Positions 34,050 through 45,749 of a stretch of DNA of 64,000 bases are shown in pieces. Both the position numbers and the translations under genes were made by a program. Position 1 is the first letter of the stretch. The number at the start of each line of letters is the position of its first letter. Source of the stretch: Felis catus (taxonomy: Eukaryota); assembly GCF_018350175.1 (NCBI RefSeq), contig NC_058368.1, forward strand, positions 76,944,001 to 77,008,000, written 5' to 3'. The notes under the pieces were generated by a model. That model saw nothing but the letters and a program-made list of their open reading frames with translations, was not told the DNA's origin and ran no database searches.

Positions 34050-34425
34050 TCTTCTTTTTTTTTTTAGGTTTTAAAACATTAATTTATTTATTTCGAGACA
34101 GAGAGAGAGGGTGGGCGGGTGGAGGGCGGGGGGGAGAAAGAGAACAAGCAGGGCAGGGGCAGACAGAAGGAGAGACAGAATCCCAAGCAGGCTCTGCGCC
34201 ATGACCCCCATTTGGGGCTCAAACTCACAAACCGTGAGATCCTGACCTGAGCTGAGATTGAGGGCACCTTTTGGGGCGAGCACTGGGTGTTGTATGGAAA
34301 CCAATCTGACAATAAATTTCATATATTGAAAAAAAATGATAATAACAATAACAGTAACAATAATGATAATAATAATAATAATAAAGAGTTGGATGCTTAA
34401 ACCGACTGTGCCACCCAAGGGCCCC
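34050..34425 (-). mobile_element. Can-SINE split by an L1 3'-end insertion
   Basis: Body runs to ctgagctgagatt (about 34259) and resumes aagagttggatgcttaa (about 34384). Confidence 0.93.
34260..34383 (+). mobile_element. Severely truncated feline-type L1 3' end with (AAT)n-like tail
   Basis: gagggcaccttttggggcgagcactgggtgttgtatggaaaccaatctgacaataaa; near-identical to 16335-16400. Confidence 0.92.
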
Positions 34426-37179
34426 TAGGGCACTTAATTCTAACTGGTTCATTCAGAGACCAAGTACCAGCAAATGTCTGTTAGGGAATCACAGGCATTT
34501 TGTGGAACAGGAACAATAAAGAGTTGGTAACCGAAATTCACGCTCTCCGATGTTACGCTAATAAACGACAGCATGCCTCTCTTGTGTGTGTCTTTATGCC
34601 AGATTCAGGCACGTTTCTTTTATCTTAAGTCACTCCTCACATCCGTCCAGTGATGTGGGTACCGTCTCTGCCCTCCTAAGAGGACGCAAGCAGCTCCGAC
34701 CCCTCCCTTCCCCACCCGCCGCCAAACTTCTCCCGGTTTCCATCTGCTTCTCTTGACTGTTTCCCCAGTACAGTACGGAGCTCCCCGATCCCAAAAGGGA
34801 ACCTCATAAGACAAACAGAATTACCATCTCTTGGTTAAGAGTACTGTAGTTGCAGTTTTCTGTGGACCCTTTTTACATTGCTCTGAGGGGACGCTTTCAA
34901 GTCGCTTGAGAAATATTAAAATTAAAGAATGTAGTAGAGCCTCAATCTAGGGTTAAATGCTTAATAGTATGTAAAAAGGAAGCGGTTATAATGGGGAAAA
35001 AATACGCCTGTAGCCAATGTTCCCTGTAAAACAGACTCCCAAGCAAGTTCTGAATGTTAGCCTGGAAAAGCCAGGGTGGAGGCATCCAGCTTCTCCTAAA
35101 ACTCTTCTTCTCATGTTGCCTCTTTTCCAGATCACACGAAAACAAGTACAGTAATGTATTTGGCCTATAGGTGCCAAGCCTTGTATTGTTCACTTCCAGA
35201 CACTTTTCTTGATTATGTTTGGGAACAAAAGTCTGGCTCTGGTGTGGCGGAGAGAGTGTTGGGTGGAGACAAGAGAAGAGAACAGATCCGGACGTGGGGC
35301 ACTGCCTCGAGGGAATTCACAGGACACCCAGGCTTTGCTCGGCCCTGGGCTGGCGTGGGGTGGTGGCCCTTGCGGCCACGCAGCTCTGTCGTCTGGGAGA
35401 AGCCCTCGTGCCAGTCAGCGTCCCGCCAGGAAACCGCTGGCGTTTCCAATTAGGAGGATTCGGGGAGGGTGAACAAGAAGCTGTTTTCAGAGGTGTGGGC
35501 ATGCTGTTGGAAAGCCCCAAGGAGCGGCGCAGTAACCAGCCCAAGTGACACAGCTGTCACCACCCCTGGGCCACGGCGGGGGGTGGGGTGCGATCACGTA
35601 GCGAGGACCACCTGTGGAGGATGCAGAGACACAGGGGCTCCAGGAGACCCCACTGGGAGGGGAGGGCCCCTCCCCGGCCAAGCCTGACAGGACTTCAGAG
35701 GACAGAGGAGCCCCCTGCACCGCACACAGGCTAGCCTCTCCTGGTGGGGAGCAAGGTGGGGGTGGGGACAGGCTGTGGGTCCAGAAGGGCAAATGGGCGC
35801 TTTCTGCCTCAGCCCTGAGGACCGCAGCGTAATGTGCAGCTAGATGTGTCCCGCTGGGCCATCGGCCTTTCGTTGGGCATTGTGTGGTCTTAACCAAGGT
35901 GCTGCTCTTGCTGAATCACGTGCAATGTTCTTTGACCCCTGAGTGGGGAGTTCAAGTGCACCATGGCCAAAAATTGTTGCTTGTTTTTCGAGGGTGTGGC
36001 AGGTTGGAAGACCGGACCATGGCATGAAGGACAAGCACGCCTGATATTTTCTTCTCTTGAATGGGGGTCGGGGCGGGGGGGGGGGCGTGGAAGGCAGCGA
36101 GATGGGGCTCAGCGCAGCATTCCTGGAATTGGGCCCGCACATTCCCACACATGGTGTTACTTAAAACTGAATAAGCCAGACTTGGGGTATTGCTCTGTGA
36201 ATTATTGTCATTGTTTGGGTCAGGCTTTCTGTGTTAGACACTGAAGGGTGGGACGTGGGATACACCCTGAAGGAAATAGCTGTGGCTACTCTCCTTGAGA
36301 TGAGCCAGGGGCTGGGAGACCACCTCTCGGGGACCAGGAGGAAGTTTGGTCTGGAGGCAGAGGGTGGGGGCCACCACGATTCCCACTGAGGGGGATAGTT
36401 GTGGCCTCTCCAGGTGGGCGCCCTGGGTGGGGGAGGCTGGGCGGGGAGGCCGCGGTCTGGTCCGGATCGGACCGCGCCCCTTCCCGCAATACTGTGACGT
36501 CTTTCTACTGGCCGTCAGCCTTCCAGACGCTCCGGCTGCAGGTCACAGTTGCTGCCATCGTGCGGGGGGCGGGGGAACGGTGATCGGCGAGCTGAATCCC
36601 TTCTTCAGGATGGTGTAGGGTAGCAGGGGCATTCATTTTTAGGACCTGCAGTATCCAGAAGAGAAAACTCAGCAGCATGTCTGCAGGGAGGGGTCAGGAA
36701 GGAGAAGCCATACCCAAGGCGGGACATGTAGGCCCGGAGGCTCGGCCATCATTTCTTGGGTGTTAGAAAAGACCGTGGTCTCATTTCACGGTCACAGGCT
36801 AATTAAGCCACTATATGGGTGAGTTATACATGAACAAAGCCCCACCTCTTCTCCTCCAGTCTCGAGAACTCGTTGGTCCTGCCAACTACTTGCTGTACTT
36901 CATAGATACTCTTCATGGATGGGTGACTCAGCTTAGTGTAGAAAATGCATGAGTAGGCAAACTCTCTTTTAACTGGGGTGATAGTGGGGGCAAGCCAGGC
37001 GTATATACCCTAAACCTAGAAATCTAGGGAGACATACAGAGTCGAGTGGCAACATTGGCCCAGAAATGTAGGCTTGAAACCATAGTTTGCCCTTGAAAGC
37101 GTGGGCGCGCAGTGCCATGGTGGGACACTGGCTTCGTGGTCTGGCCAAGTCGGGGGTTCAGCCCATCCCAAAAAGTGAC

Positions 37180-37460
37180 TGTCCAGCTTGGTGGCCTGGG
37201 ACACGTGATCCGATCTCTGTCTATAGTTTCTTCATCTGAAGGGCACAGCGAGAGTCACCACCTCATCGAGATAGAATGAGCTGCTGCGTGTCAAGTACTT
37301 AGAAAGCTATCTGGAACTTACTAAGTTTTCGGTCCGTTCGCTCACTCGCCACTCAAGGAATATTTACTGAGTCCTGCGGCGGGAATGGTTTCAGGCAATG
37401 AATAACACGGGTGAAAGTCTTTCCCGGCATGGAGTTTGCCCTTAGGAGCATGGAGCCATG
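37180..37460. mobile_element. MIR (+) followed by L2 3' end (-) fragments
   Basis: agtttcttcatctgaag MIR core; cactcaaggaatatttactgagtcct...ggcatggagttt L2 end. Confidence 0.55.
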
Positions 37461-38114
37461 ACGATCGTTGGAGCTTCATCCTTTTCTTTGCATCGCACAC
37501 TTCTCGTAGGCTGGCAACGTGGGCGGGTTACGGGCTGTCTGCGCCACCCTATCTTGGCTTCTCTGAGGCATGGCTGAGACAGAAGGTGGAAACGCATTCC
37601 TGCCGAAGTTGTTCGTTCTTTCAGAATTGCTAATGCTTCCTTGAGGACTTAGGGCTTCAACACGGCTGAGCTGGGGAGTGGAGGTTGGATTCCACGGCTG
37701 GCCCGTTTTGCCACCATACTGGCAGGAAATGCCCAGCCCGTGAGGGAACGGAGTTAGGCGTTAAGCAAGAACTTCCAACTTTTGAACTTTGCAGTAGGAC
37801 AGAGTTAAAATTGAGAGTTGGTTTAAACATGGAAGTTTTCTAGAGGTTTAAAAAAGCATTTTTACTTTGGGGGGTCGGGGAAGGGCCTTACGGCAAGGGC
37901 CTGCAGCTCCCAATTCAATTAAAAACCATGAAGAATCTCTCCACGGCTCCATGCCACATGGCTCCAATCCACCCCAACATATGCTCTTTGCCATCGTGTC
38001 CTGGCTTAGATGTTTAGGGCTGTCTCTCAGAGCTCAGCTCTCATGTATTTTAGTTGGATTCGCTGATTCCAGGAAGAGGAATGGGGAATGAGACTTGCAA
38101 AAAGCAAAGAAAGT

Positions 38115-38303
38115 GGGGCGCCTGGGTGGCTTGGTTGGTTAAACGTCGGGCTTCGGCTCGGGTCATGATCTCATGGTTTGTGAGTTTGAGCCCCGCGTCA
38201 GGCTCTGTGATGACAGCTCAGAGCCTGGAGCCTGCTTCAGATGCTATGTCTCCCTCTTTCTCTGCCCCTCCCCTGTTCACTCTCTCTCAAAAATAAACAT
38301 TGA
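38115..38303 (+). mobile_element. Can-SINE (first of tandem pair)
   Basis: ggggcgcctgggtggc head through aaaataaacattgaa. Confidence 0.95.
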
Positions 38304-38304
38304 A

Positions 38305-38457
38305 GGGGCACCTGGTTGGCTCACTTGGTTGGGTGTCCAAGCTCAGGTCGTGATCTCATGGTTCGTGGGTTCGAGCCCCGCATTGGGCTCTGTGCTGACA
38401 GCTCGGAGCCTGGAGCCTGCTTTCGATTCTGTGTCTCCCTCTCTTTGCCCCTACCCT

Positions 38458-38497
<40 letters not shown>

Positions 38498-38529
38498 AAA
38501 AATAAATATTTTTAAAAAACTAAGAAAAC
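38305..38529 (+). mobile_element. Can-SINE (second of tandem pair)
   Basis: ggggcacctggttggc head, (CT)n, tail. Confidence 0.95.
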
Positions 38530-38630
38530 AAAAGCATAGAAAGAAAACCAGCAACATTTTCTCACCTTTAATCACGGAATGTGGCGTGGGGGGAACTCAG
38601 CTTTTTCCTTCCTGTTTATCATACAAGGTG

Positions 38631-39370
38631 TATTCATTCATTCATTCATTCATTCATTCAACAAACGCTTTTTGAAAGTCTGACTTTTGGCAGGAATTGA
38701 TGTCGGAGATAACAGTGAGCAGAATGGCAACAACACCACCAAGAAGTTGTGGTCCTGGCCCTTGTGGAGCTCACTTCCGGTTTAGTGGGGGAGACAGATA
38801 TGAATAGAATCCACTGTGGTGATAAATGGAACGATAACAACGAGGTGTTCCAAAGAAGAGGTTCATGGCCCTCTAAGAATGAATAACAGGAGAACTTGCC
38901 CCATCAGGGAGTCAGGGTAGGTTTCCAGTGGAGGTTAATTACAGCGGAGCTCTGAAGGAAGAGTCAAGTTTACCTTGGCAAAGGAGAGCTGGGAAACGGG
39001 ATTCCAGGAGAGGGAGCGCACGTGCAAACGCCCTGTGGTGCGTGTAACTCCCAGGCAGAGATGGGCAGGGAGGGAGACGTAGGGCCAATAGGTGGCAATG
39101 AGGCTGGAGGGCATGCCAGACCCTGCCGTGCTTCATGGCACACATTAAGGATTTTGATCATCATCCTCACCGAGAGCCACTGACATGTTTTACGAGGAGA
39201 TGGGAGAAATGTGGTTAGGTTCCTAGAGGGTACCAGTGTGCAAGGCTGGACGGGGAAGCCTCCGGACTGCAGTGCAGACCTGTTATGTATGTAGGGAAAG
39301 AGGGGAGCAAGCAGGACTGGGCGGGAGAAGCTCAGACCTTGATGGAGATGTGACAGAATCATCAGATGAC
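38631..39370 (-). mobile_element. L2 3' portion with (CATT)n tail
   Basis: (ttca)n caacaaacgctttttga...tgcaaacgccctgtggt...ggaggctactgca-like text. Confidence 0.85.
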
Positions 39371-39382
39371 TCCGTGGGAGCT

Positions 39383-39829
39383 CTCCTAGTCAGCTGGGGC
39401 TGCTCCAACATGTAATGTGGACTGAGGGCTTTAACAGCGGACGTGTACATCTCCCGAGTTCTGGAGACCGGGGATCTGAGCTCAGAGTGCAGGTATGGTC
39501 AGATTCTGGTGACAGCCCTTGCCTTGGTCGTGGTCCTCACATGTGCAAGCATGCGGGGCAGGGGGTGGGGGGAGATGGAGAGGAAGGGAGAGAGAAAGTG
39601 AGAGAGGAGAGAGGGAAAGATAAAAAGGGAGGGAGGGGGAGGAAGGGAGAGAGAGACAAGGAGATCTCCTTTCTGAACGGGATGCGCATCCCATCTTGGG
39701 GACACCACCCTCACGACCTCATCTAAACCTAATGACTTCTCAAAGGCCTCACCTCCAAATACTACCAGGCTGGGGGTGAGGGCTTCAATATATCAGTTTT
39801 GGGAGGACGCAAACATTCAGTGCGAACGC
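39383..39829 (-). mobile_element. MLT1A-type solo LTR with expanded purine tract
   Basis: agttctggagaccgggatctgag...accctcacgacctcatctaaacctaat...caaacattcagt. Confidence 0.85.
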
Positions 39830-40290
39830 CTGCCATGTGCCAAGAGCCGCACCCCTGCCTTGAAAACAGGTGACTAGACAGCCATGGTCCTGCTTTCATG
39901 GAGTTTACAACCTCGTGGTAAGAAAGCAGTGAAAACCTGCCAGCAGGTACGGAGCCCGGAGCAAAGATGGCTTGCTAGAGGACTCCCATACTGGGCGGAG
40001 GCTGCCAGGCCCTGGGGCCCCTGTTGGGCTCGCCCCCGGGTTGGTGGCCACCGGCAGAATGGAGTGGCGGTCAAAGCTGGGGGGTTCCTGCAGGTGGTGC
40101 AGCCAAACGCTGCTGACCACACCCCGAAGCCTACCCAGGCGGGTCTTTCTGGAAGGCCCACTGAGCCACACACCTTCGGGGCACCGTTGGGATCGACTGT
40201 AGAGAGCCCTTCCTGTGACGACAGAAAAACCACACCTGCTAAAACATCGGATGGAAACGGCCTTTCTTGTCAAGAAAACGCCGTACACAT

Positions 40291-40517
40291 GGGGCACCTG
40301 GTGGCTCAGTCGGCTGAGCGTCCGACTTCAGCTCGGGCCATGATCTTGAGGTTCGTGGGTTCGAGCCCTGCGTCGGGCTCTGTGCTGACAGTTTGGAGCC
40401 TGGAGCCTGCTTCGGGTTCTGTGTCTCCCTCTCTGTCCCTCCCCCACTCACACTCTGTCTCTGTCTCTCTCTTTCCCTCTCAAAAATAAATAAACCTTTA
40501 AAAAAAAAAAAGAAAAG
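40291..40517 (+). mobile_element. Can-SINE
   Basis: Full body; degenerate TSD gaaaa(c/t)gc(c/a)gtaca. Confidence 0.95.
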
Positions 40518-40728
40518 AAAATGCAGTACATACAAACCTTTCTCTCAAAAATATACCAAATAATAACCTGATGCAACCAAAAATTTCAGTAATAGATTTA
40601 ATGTAGTAATTTGAGTAATAAATGTCACATTGGAGTTGCCAAACTTAGCATAATAATCAGATGCTTTTTGCTTATTTATTTTATGTTAGTTGTTTTCTAG
40701 TAAATAGAATCATTTATACATATATATA

Positions 40729-40947
40729 TTTTTTAAATTTTTTAATGTTTATTTATTTTTGAGACAGAGAGACACAGAGCACGATTTGGGGAGGGGCAGA
40801 GAGAGAGAGGGAGACACAGAATCCGAAGCAGGCTCCAGGCTTCGAGCTGTCAGCACAGAGCCCAACATGGGGCTCGAACTCATGAACCGTGAGATCATGA
40901 CCTGAGCCAAAGTCGGATGCTTGACCAACTGAGCCACACAGGCGCCT
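40729..40947 (-). mobile_element. Can-SINE
   Basis: TSD agaatcattt on both sides. Confidence 0.95.
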
Positions 40948-41414
40948 CAGAATCATTTGTATATTTTTAATGATAGTAGAGAGAAATGAAATTTAAAATG
41001 TTGTTAGTAGGGAAAAGTGAAAAACGATGGTTGTGACAACTTCTATTTACTGTGTAATTTAATAAAACTTCATTTGTGGAGAGTAAAATTATTAATAAAA
41101 CAATAAACTATACATTTTCTCCTGTGGTGCTTAAAGTAGATAACCTAGTTCATCCCCTAAGATAAAGCCTGGAACGAAAGAGACCACAAGGTACGTGCTT
41201 CAGATTCACTGGAAAGTAATATTTTAAGAAGGGGGTTAGCATATTAATGCAAGATTTAGAGTCCTTTATTTTGTACTTTTCTGGACTATTCATGGACTGT
41301 TGGAGTTTAAAACACACACTGACAAGTATTGATAATGTAGCATGTTATTCAAAAGCAAAAACACAGGTTGAAATTTTCTACTTGGTCGCCTGGCTAATGA
41401 AGTAAAGGCTAACA

Positions 41415-41461
41415 GAAATGAGTCACTGAGAGACGAGTCACTGAGAAATGAGTCCCTGAGA
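41415..41461. repeat. 3 x 15-bp tandem repeat
   Basis: gaaatgagtcactga / gagacgagtcactga / gaaatgagtccctga. Confidence 0.9.
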
Positions 41462-41819
41462 TGGCCATAAAAACAACCTGAGCCCCAGATCAGAGGACTC
41501 TGTCCATCTCTGTGAAAGGCCTCTCTCTCTAACACCAGCTATTAGAAGCCCATCTGGTTCCACCTGTTTGGCCTCCCAGAACCTTTCTCCCCTCCTCGGC
41601 TTTGGTGTTTGCCCCAATCTACCCAACCGAAGAAGCCAGAAACCCGGGAGGTACCTCGGTTTCCTTCCCGCCTCATTTTCCACTCGTCCCCAGACTACCT
41701 CTCGAAGTCGCTCAGACCCAGCCGTGCCTCTGTACCCACTGATCCTGCCCTAGCTCAGGGCCTGATCTAGGAGCCTCTCCTCTGGCCTCCCAACCTGCAG
41801 AGTCACCACTGACACTTGC

Positions 41820-41997
41820 TGTGGCTCTCAAAGCCAGATGGCAAGACCGCCAGCAGCCGGCAACTGGTTAGAAATGCAGATGCTGGGCCCTGCTCCATAC
41901 CTACTAAATTAGAAACTCCGGAGGCGGGCCCTGCAGCCTGTGTTTGAATAAACCTTCCAGAGTAAATTCTGCCAATTGTGAAGTTTGAGAACCACTG
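41820..41997. mobile_element. MER5A-like hAT-Charlie element
   Basis: gttagaaatgcagatgctgggccc...acctactaaattagaaactc...aagtttgagaaccactg. Confidence 0.85.
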
Positions 41998-43039
41998 CCC
42001 TAGTCCATCCTCCATGGTGAGTTGTTCTTCGCATCCAAAGCTGATGTTGTCTCTTCTCTGTTTGAAACAATTAACTGCCTCCTGTTACCAGATAATCCTC
42101 ACATTGAGTGTGATTTTTTTTCCAAGCTCTTCGTCATCTGGCCCCTGCCCCCACCCATATACAGCTAGGGTTCTACGGCCACACTCCCCTTGCCCACATT
42201 CGCTCTCCAGTTAGCAGAAACAAATAGCTTTTCAAGCTTCTGTGGCTCTTGCGTCTGCCTCCAAAGGTTGACCACACTATTCTCTCCATTTCCCACCTTC
42301 CACTTTCGGCCTAGAAATTCTTTCATTCCTTATATTTCTCCCATGTGGTTTCCCCTGAACCCCTTGATTGAGTGGTCACTCGCTCCAGGGACTTCCACAG
42401 AACCACATGCATACTTCCCTCCTGTGGGAAGGAGCTCCCCTCTTACTGGAGAGCAGGGAGAAACCCATCTCTATTCTACTTCCGCGCCCTTGTGTTTTAG
42501 CACAGGGTCTAACGATTACTTGATTCTCAGTAAATGTTTGTTGAGCCAGTTGAACTGAGCTGAGTGGTGTCCTCCGTCACCCTGTTCCACTGGCAATTCC
42601 ATCTTTGACTTTGGCAAACCTTTGCGTTCGGACTGGCCCTGGAGAAGTCACCACATTCTCAATGGAAAGTCTCAGTATCTGGTTTGTCAATCTCGTAGGA
42701 TTTTTGAGTGTCAAATGAAAAGGTTCAGCTGAATTATACCCCCTTGGGTACAGACACCGGCTTGAGTCAAGTCTGAGTTTGCTCTGCCTTTCTGAATGCT
42801 GTAGTTTGGACAACTCACAACCTGATGGCCAGCCCTGGGTTGAGCAGCTCTGGCCATGCCTGGACCTGCTGTCACCTGCTTCACCAAGATCAGTTCCTGG
42901 GAAAGTGCTAATTCCCACTGATGGTAAAAAGGGAGGGGCAGAATGATGAGGAAATGCCGAGGGCCCTGTTCAGTGGCGAGCTCTAGAATGGCCAAGGAAG
43001 AGGTCAGCAAAGGGCAGGAGCAGAGTGTGTGGCACGGAG

Positions 43040-43262
43040 GAAAGAGGGAGACTGCAGTAGCTAAGAACAGGGCCAGCTGTCATGGAGCCCTTACAGGCAC
43101 TCAGCTCTACCTGGGCTCTGTCATCCTGTCCTCGCACTGCTCTCTGAGATGGGGACTGTGTTTATTTCTCAAGACGAAACAGAGGCTCAACTCGGCGGTT
43201 GAAAACTTTCCCCAAAGTCCCACAATTAAGAAGTGTCAGAGCCAGGATTTGATTCCGACGGT
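43040..43262 (-). mobile_element. MIR
   Basis: gacgaaacagaggctcaa...ttcccaaagtcccaca...agagccaggatttga. Confidence 0.75.
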
Positions 43263-43444
43263 CTGTACTCACACCCACTGAATGGTCTTCCCCCATCTGA
43301 CGGTTTTGCCATAGCTTAGACTGCCAGACAATAAGAGCAGAGCCAGCAACGCGGTGTGCTTCAGAGCTGGTGACTTCTGGCCAGAAAGACAACCACTCAT
43401 GCCTCCTTCAGCCCTCCAGTTCACATTTATGAGAACCAGTATGG

Positions 43445-43798
43445 TGTCGTGGCTTAACAGATTGTGGGTTGTAGAGTTCACATGCTGAAGTCTTAACCTA
43501 ATACATCAGAGTGTGACCTTGTCTGGAGACAAGGTCTTTGCAGAGGTAATCAAGGAAAAATGGGGTCATCGGGGCAGACTAATTCAAGATGACTAGTGTC
43601 CTTATTTAGAGGGAAACTCCGACACAGAGACATGTAGAGAGGGGAGACCATGTGAAGAGACAGGGAGAAGGTGGCCCACCAAAGGAACCACCTGCTGACG
43701 CTTTCATTTCAGACTTCCGGCCTCCAGAACCGTGAGACAATACATTTCTGTTGCGGGAGCCACGAAGTGTGTTACAGCAGCTGCAGGCAACTAATACA
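43445..43798 (+). mobile_element. MLT1B-type solo LTR
   Basis: gctgaagtcttaacc...gtgtgaccttgtctggagacaaggtctttgcagagg...gcaactaataca. Confidence 0.88.
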
Positions 43799-44010
43799 GT
43801 GGTTAAAAGCACGAATTCCAGAATCAGAACGGCTGGCCACAAATCTCCCAGCTTGGTGACTGTGAGCAAGCTATTCAATTTCTCTGTGCGTTGGTTTTCG
43901 CTTCTATAGGATGGGGCTGGATGTACCTCATAAGCCTGTTAGAAAGATTAAATGTGCGTGTGCACAGCGAGTGTGGAGGTCGCACTTGGTGCGGAGAAGA
44001 TGTTGGCCAT
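43799..44010 (+). mobile_element. MIR
   Basis: gtggttaaaagcac...gtgagcaagctattcaatttctctgtgc...gattaaatg. Confidence 0.8.
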
Positions 44011-44288
44011 TTCTACCAATGATCTGCAGCAGGCGACATGACTGCCTGCTCCCCCCCGCCACCGCCCCCCTCCGCCACAGGACCACATGAAGGCACCCTG
44101 GGGCTCGTGTTTGCTGTGGAGATGCCCCGGGACTACGGGGGGCGCTGTTGATTTCTCCACCTTCACACAAGTGGGGAACATGGCAGGTTGTCCACCAGAG
44201 AAGTGTGTGAGATCGGGGCCTCCCTCAGGCTGGGGAAGGGACAGAAGGCGGGGGACAGAGTACACAGTTACTGAGAATTTACCGGGGA

Positions 44289-44925
44289 GTGTTAGTTTCC
44301 TAGGGCTGCCGTAAGCCAATTGCAAACTGAGAAATTTATTCTCCTATTGTGCTGGTGGCTAAAAGTCCAAAATCAAGGTGTCAGCAGAGCTCAATTCCCT
44401 AGGAAGGTTCCAGGAAGCAACCCGTTCCTTGCCTCATCCAGCCTCTGGTGGCCCCAGGTGCTCCTTGGCTTGTGGCCTCATGACTCTGATCCCTGCAATT
44501 GTCTTCCCATGACCTCTCCTCCTGTCGGTGTCTTCTCCTCTCCTGCCTCTAATAAGGACATTTGTCATTGGATTTAGGGCCTGTCCAAGTAATCCAGGAT
44601 GACCTCATCTCAAGATCTTTAACTTAATTACATCCATAAAGTAACCCCCCCCTTTTTTTTAATTTGAGAGAGAGAGGGGGAGGAAAAAAAAGAGAGCGTA
44701 TGATGGGGAGAGGGGCAGAGAGAGAGAGACAGAGAGAGGAAGAATCTTAAGCAGGCTCCACACTCAGTGCAGAGCCCTACGTGAGGCTCGATCCCACCAC
44801 CCTGGGATCATGACCTGAGCCAAAATCAAGAGTTGGACTGAGCCACCCAGGTGCAGTCCAGTCATAGGTTAGAGGGGTCAGAAGTAGACGCAGAACGTGG
44901 GAATGGCCACCATTCAATCGAGGAC
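44289..44925 (-). mobile_element. MLT1C/D-type solo LTR with nested SINE
   Basis: tgttagtttcctagggctgccgtaa...aaatttattctc...ggatttagggcc...aatccaggatgacctcat. Confidence 0.88.
44653..44856 (-). mobile_element. Can-SINE nested in MLT1
   Basis: gaggggcagagagag...aatcaagagttggactgagccacccaggtgc. Confidence 0.92.
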
Positions 44926-45567
44926 AGAGGACAGCGGGTGGTTTTACACAAAGTATCTAACTTAGTCTTTCTACCAACTGTGTGATGTCTCCATTTCATG
45001 GATAAGGGTACTTAGAAAAAGAAAGGGACTTGCTTTACCCCCGAGTGGCAGAGCTAGGATGCAGACACCGATATTTATGACCTGCTGGCCCCCATCCTGC
45101 TGTCTACCCACGCTCTGCGTTAAGCAAACTGTTTAAAACCTTCTAGCGAGTATCATCTTGCTTGAGGCCAAAGGGAACTCGACACAAGGGTCACATATGA
45201 GAACGAAGGAAAGAATGGGACTCGTGCTTTTCTGTCGTAAGATACCAGCTGCACAAGAAATACAATCTTCTTTGAAACCGACAGTTTTATGTCCTTGCGT
45301 TTCTGTTTGTATTCACAATGAGGACATTCACGTCTAATATCTAACTTACAGCTGGTAGGAAATATCTTTGAACTATGCTTAAGGTTTGTGCCAAAAGTTT
45401 CAAGATTCAAAGGCAGACAAAAAAAAAAAAGTGTCCCTTTTCCTAACAGCCCTTTCCCTCTTGCATTATTGCCTGGTTTATTCACACGTGCCTTAGAAGG
45501 AAGATAGTGGAACAGAACTAGATTTTCTGGTTTTCCCTGGGAAGCTCTCATTTCTCATCATTCATAT

Positions 45568-45749
45568 TGAAGAAGAAGGAGGAGGGGGGGAAGGGGAGGA
45601 GGGGGAGGTGAGGGAGGATGAAGAGGAGGGGGGAGGGGGGAGGGGGGAGGGGAGAAGGGGAAGACGGGGAGGAGGGCAAGGGGGAGGGGGGGAGAGGAGA
45701 GGGAGGAGGGGGATGGGGAAGAGGGGGAAGAGTGAGGGGGGGGGGAGGA
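45568..45749. repeat. Polypurine (G/A) low-complexity tract
   Basis: About 180 bp, almost only G and A, many G3+ runs. Confidence 0.95.

Noticed and set aside
39884..40489. 201-aa ORF
   Set aside because: Starts in L2-like sequence, ends in a SINE, no recognisable domain
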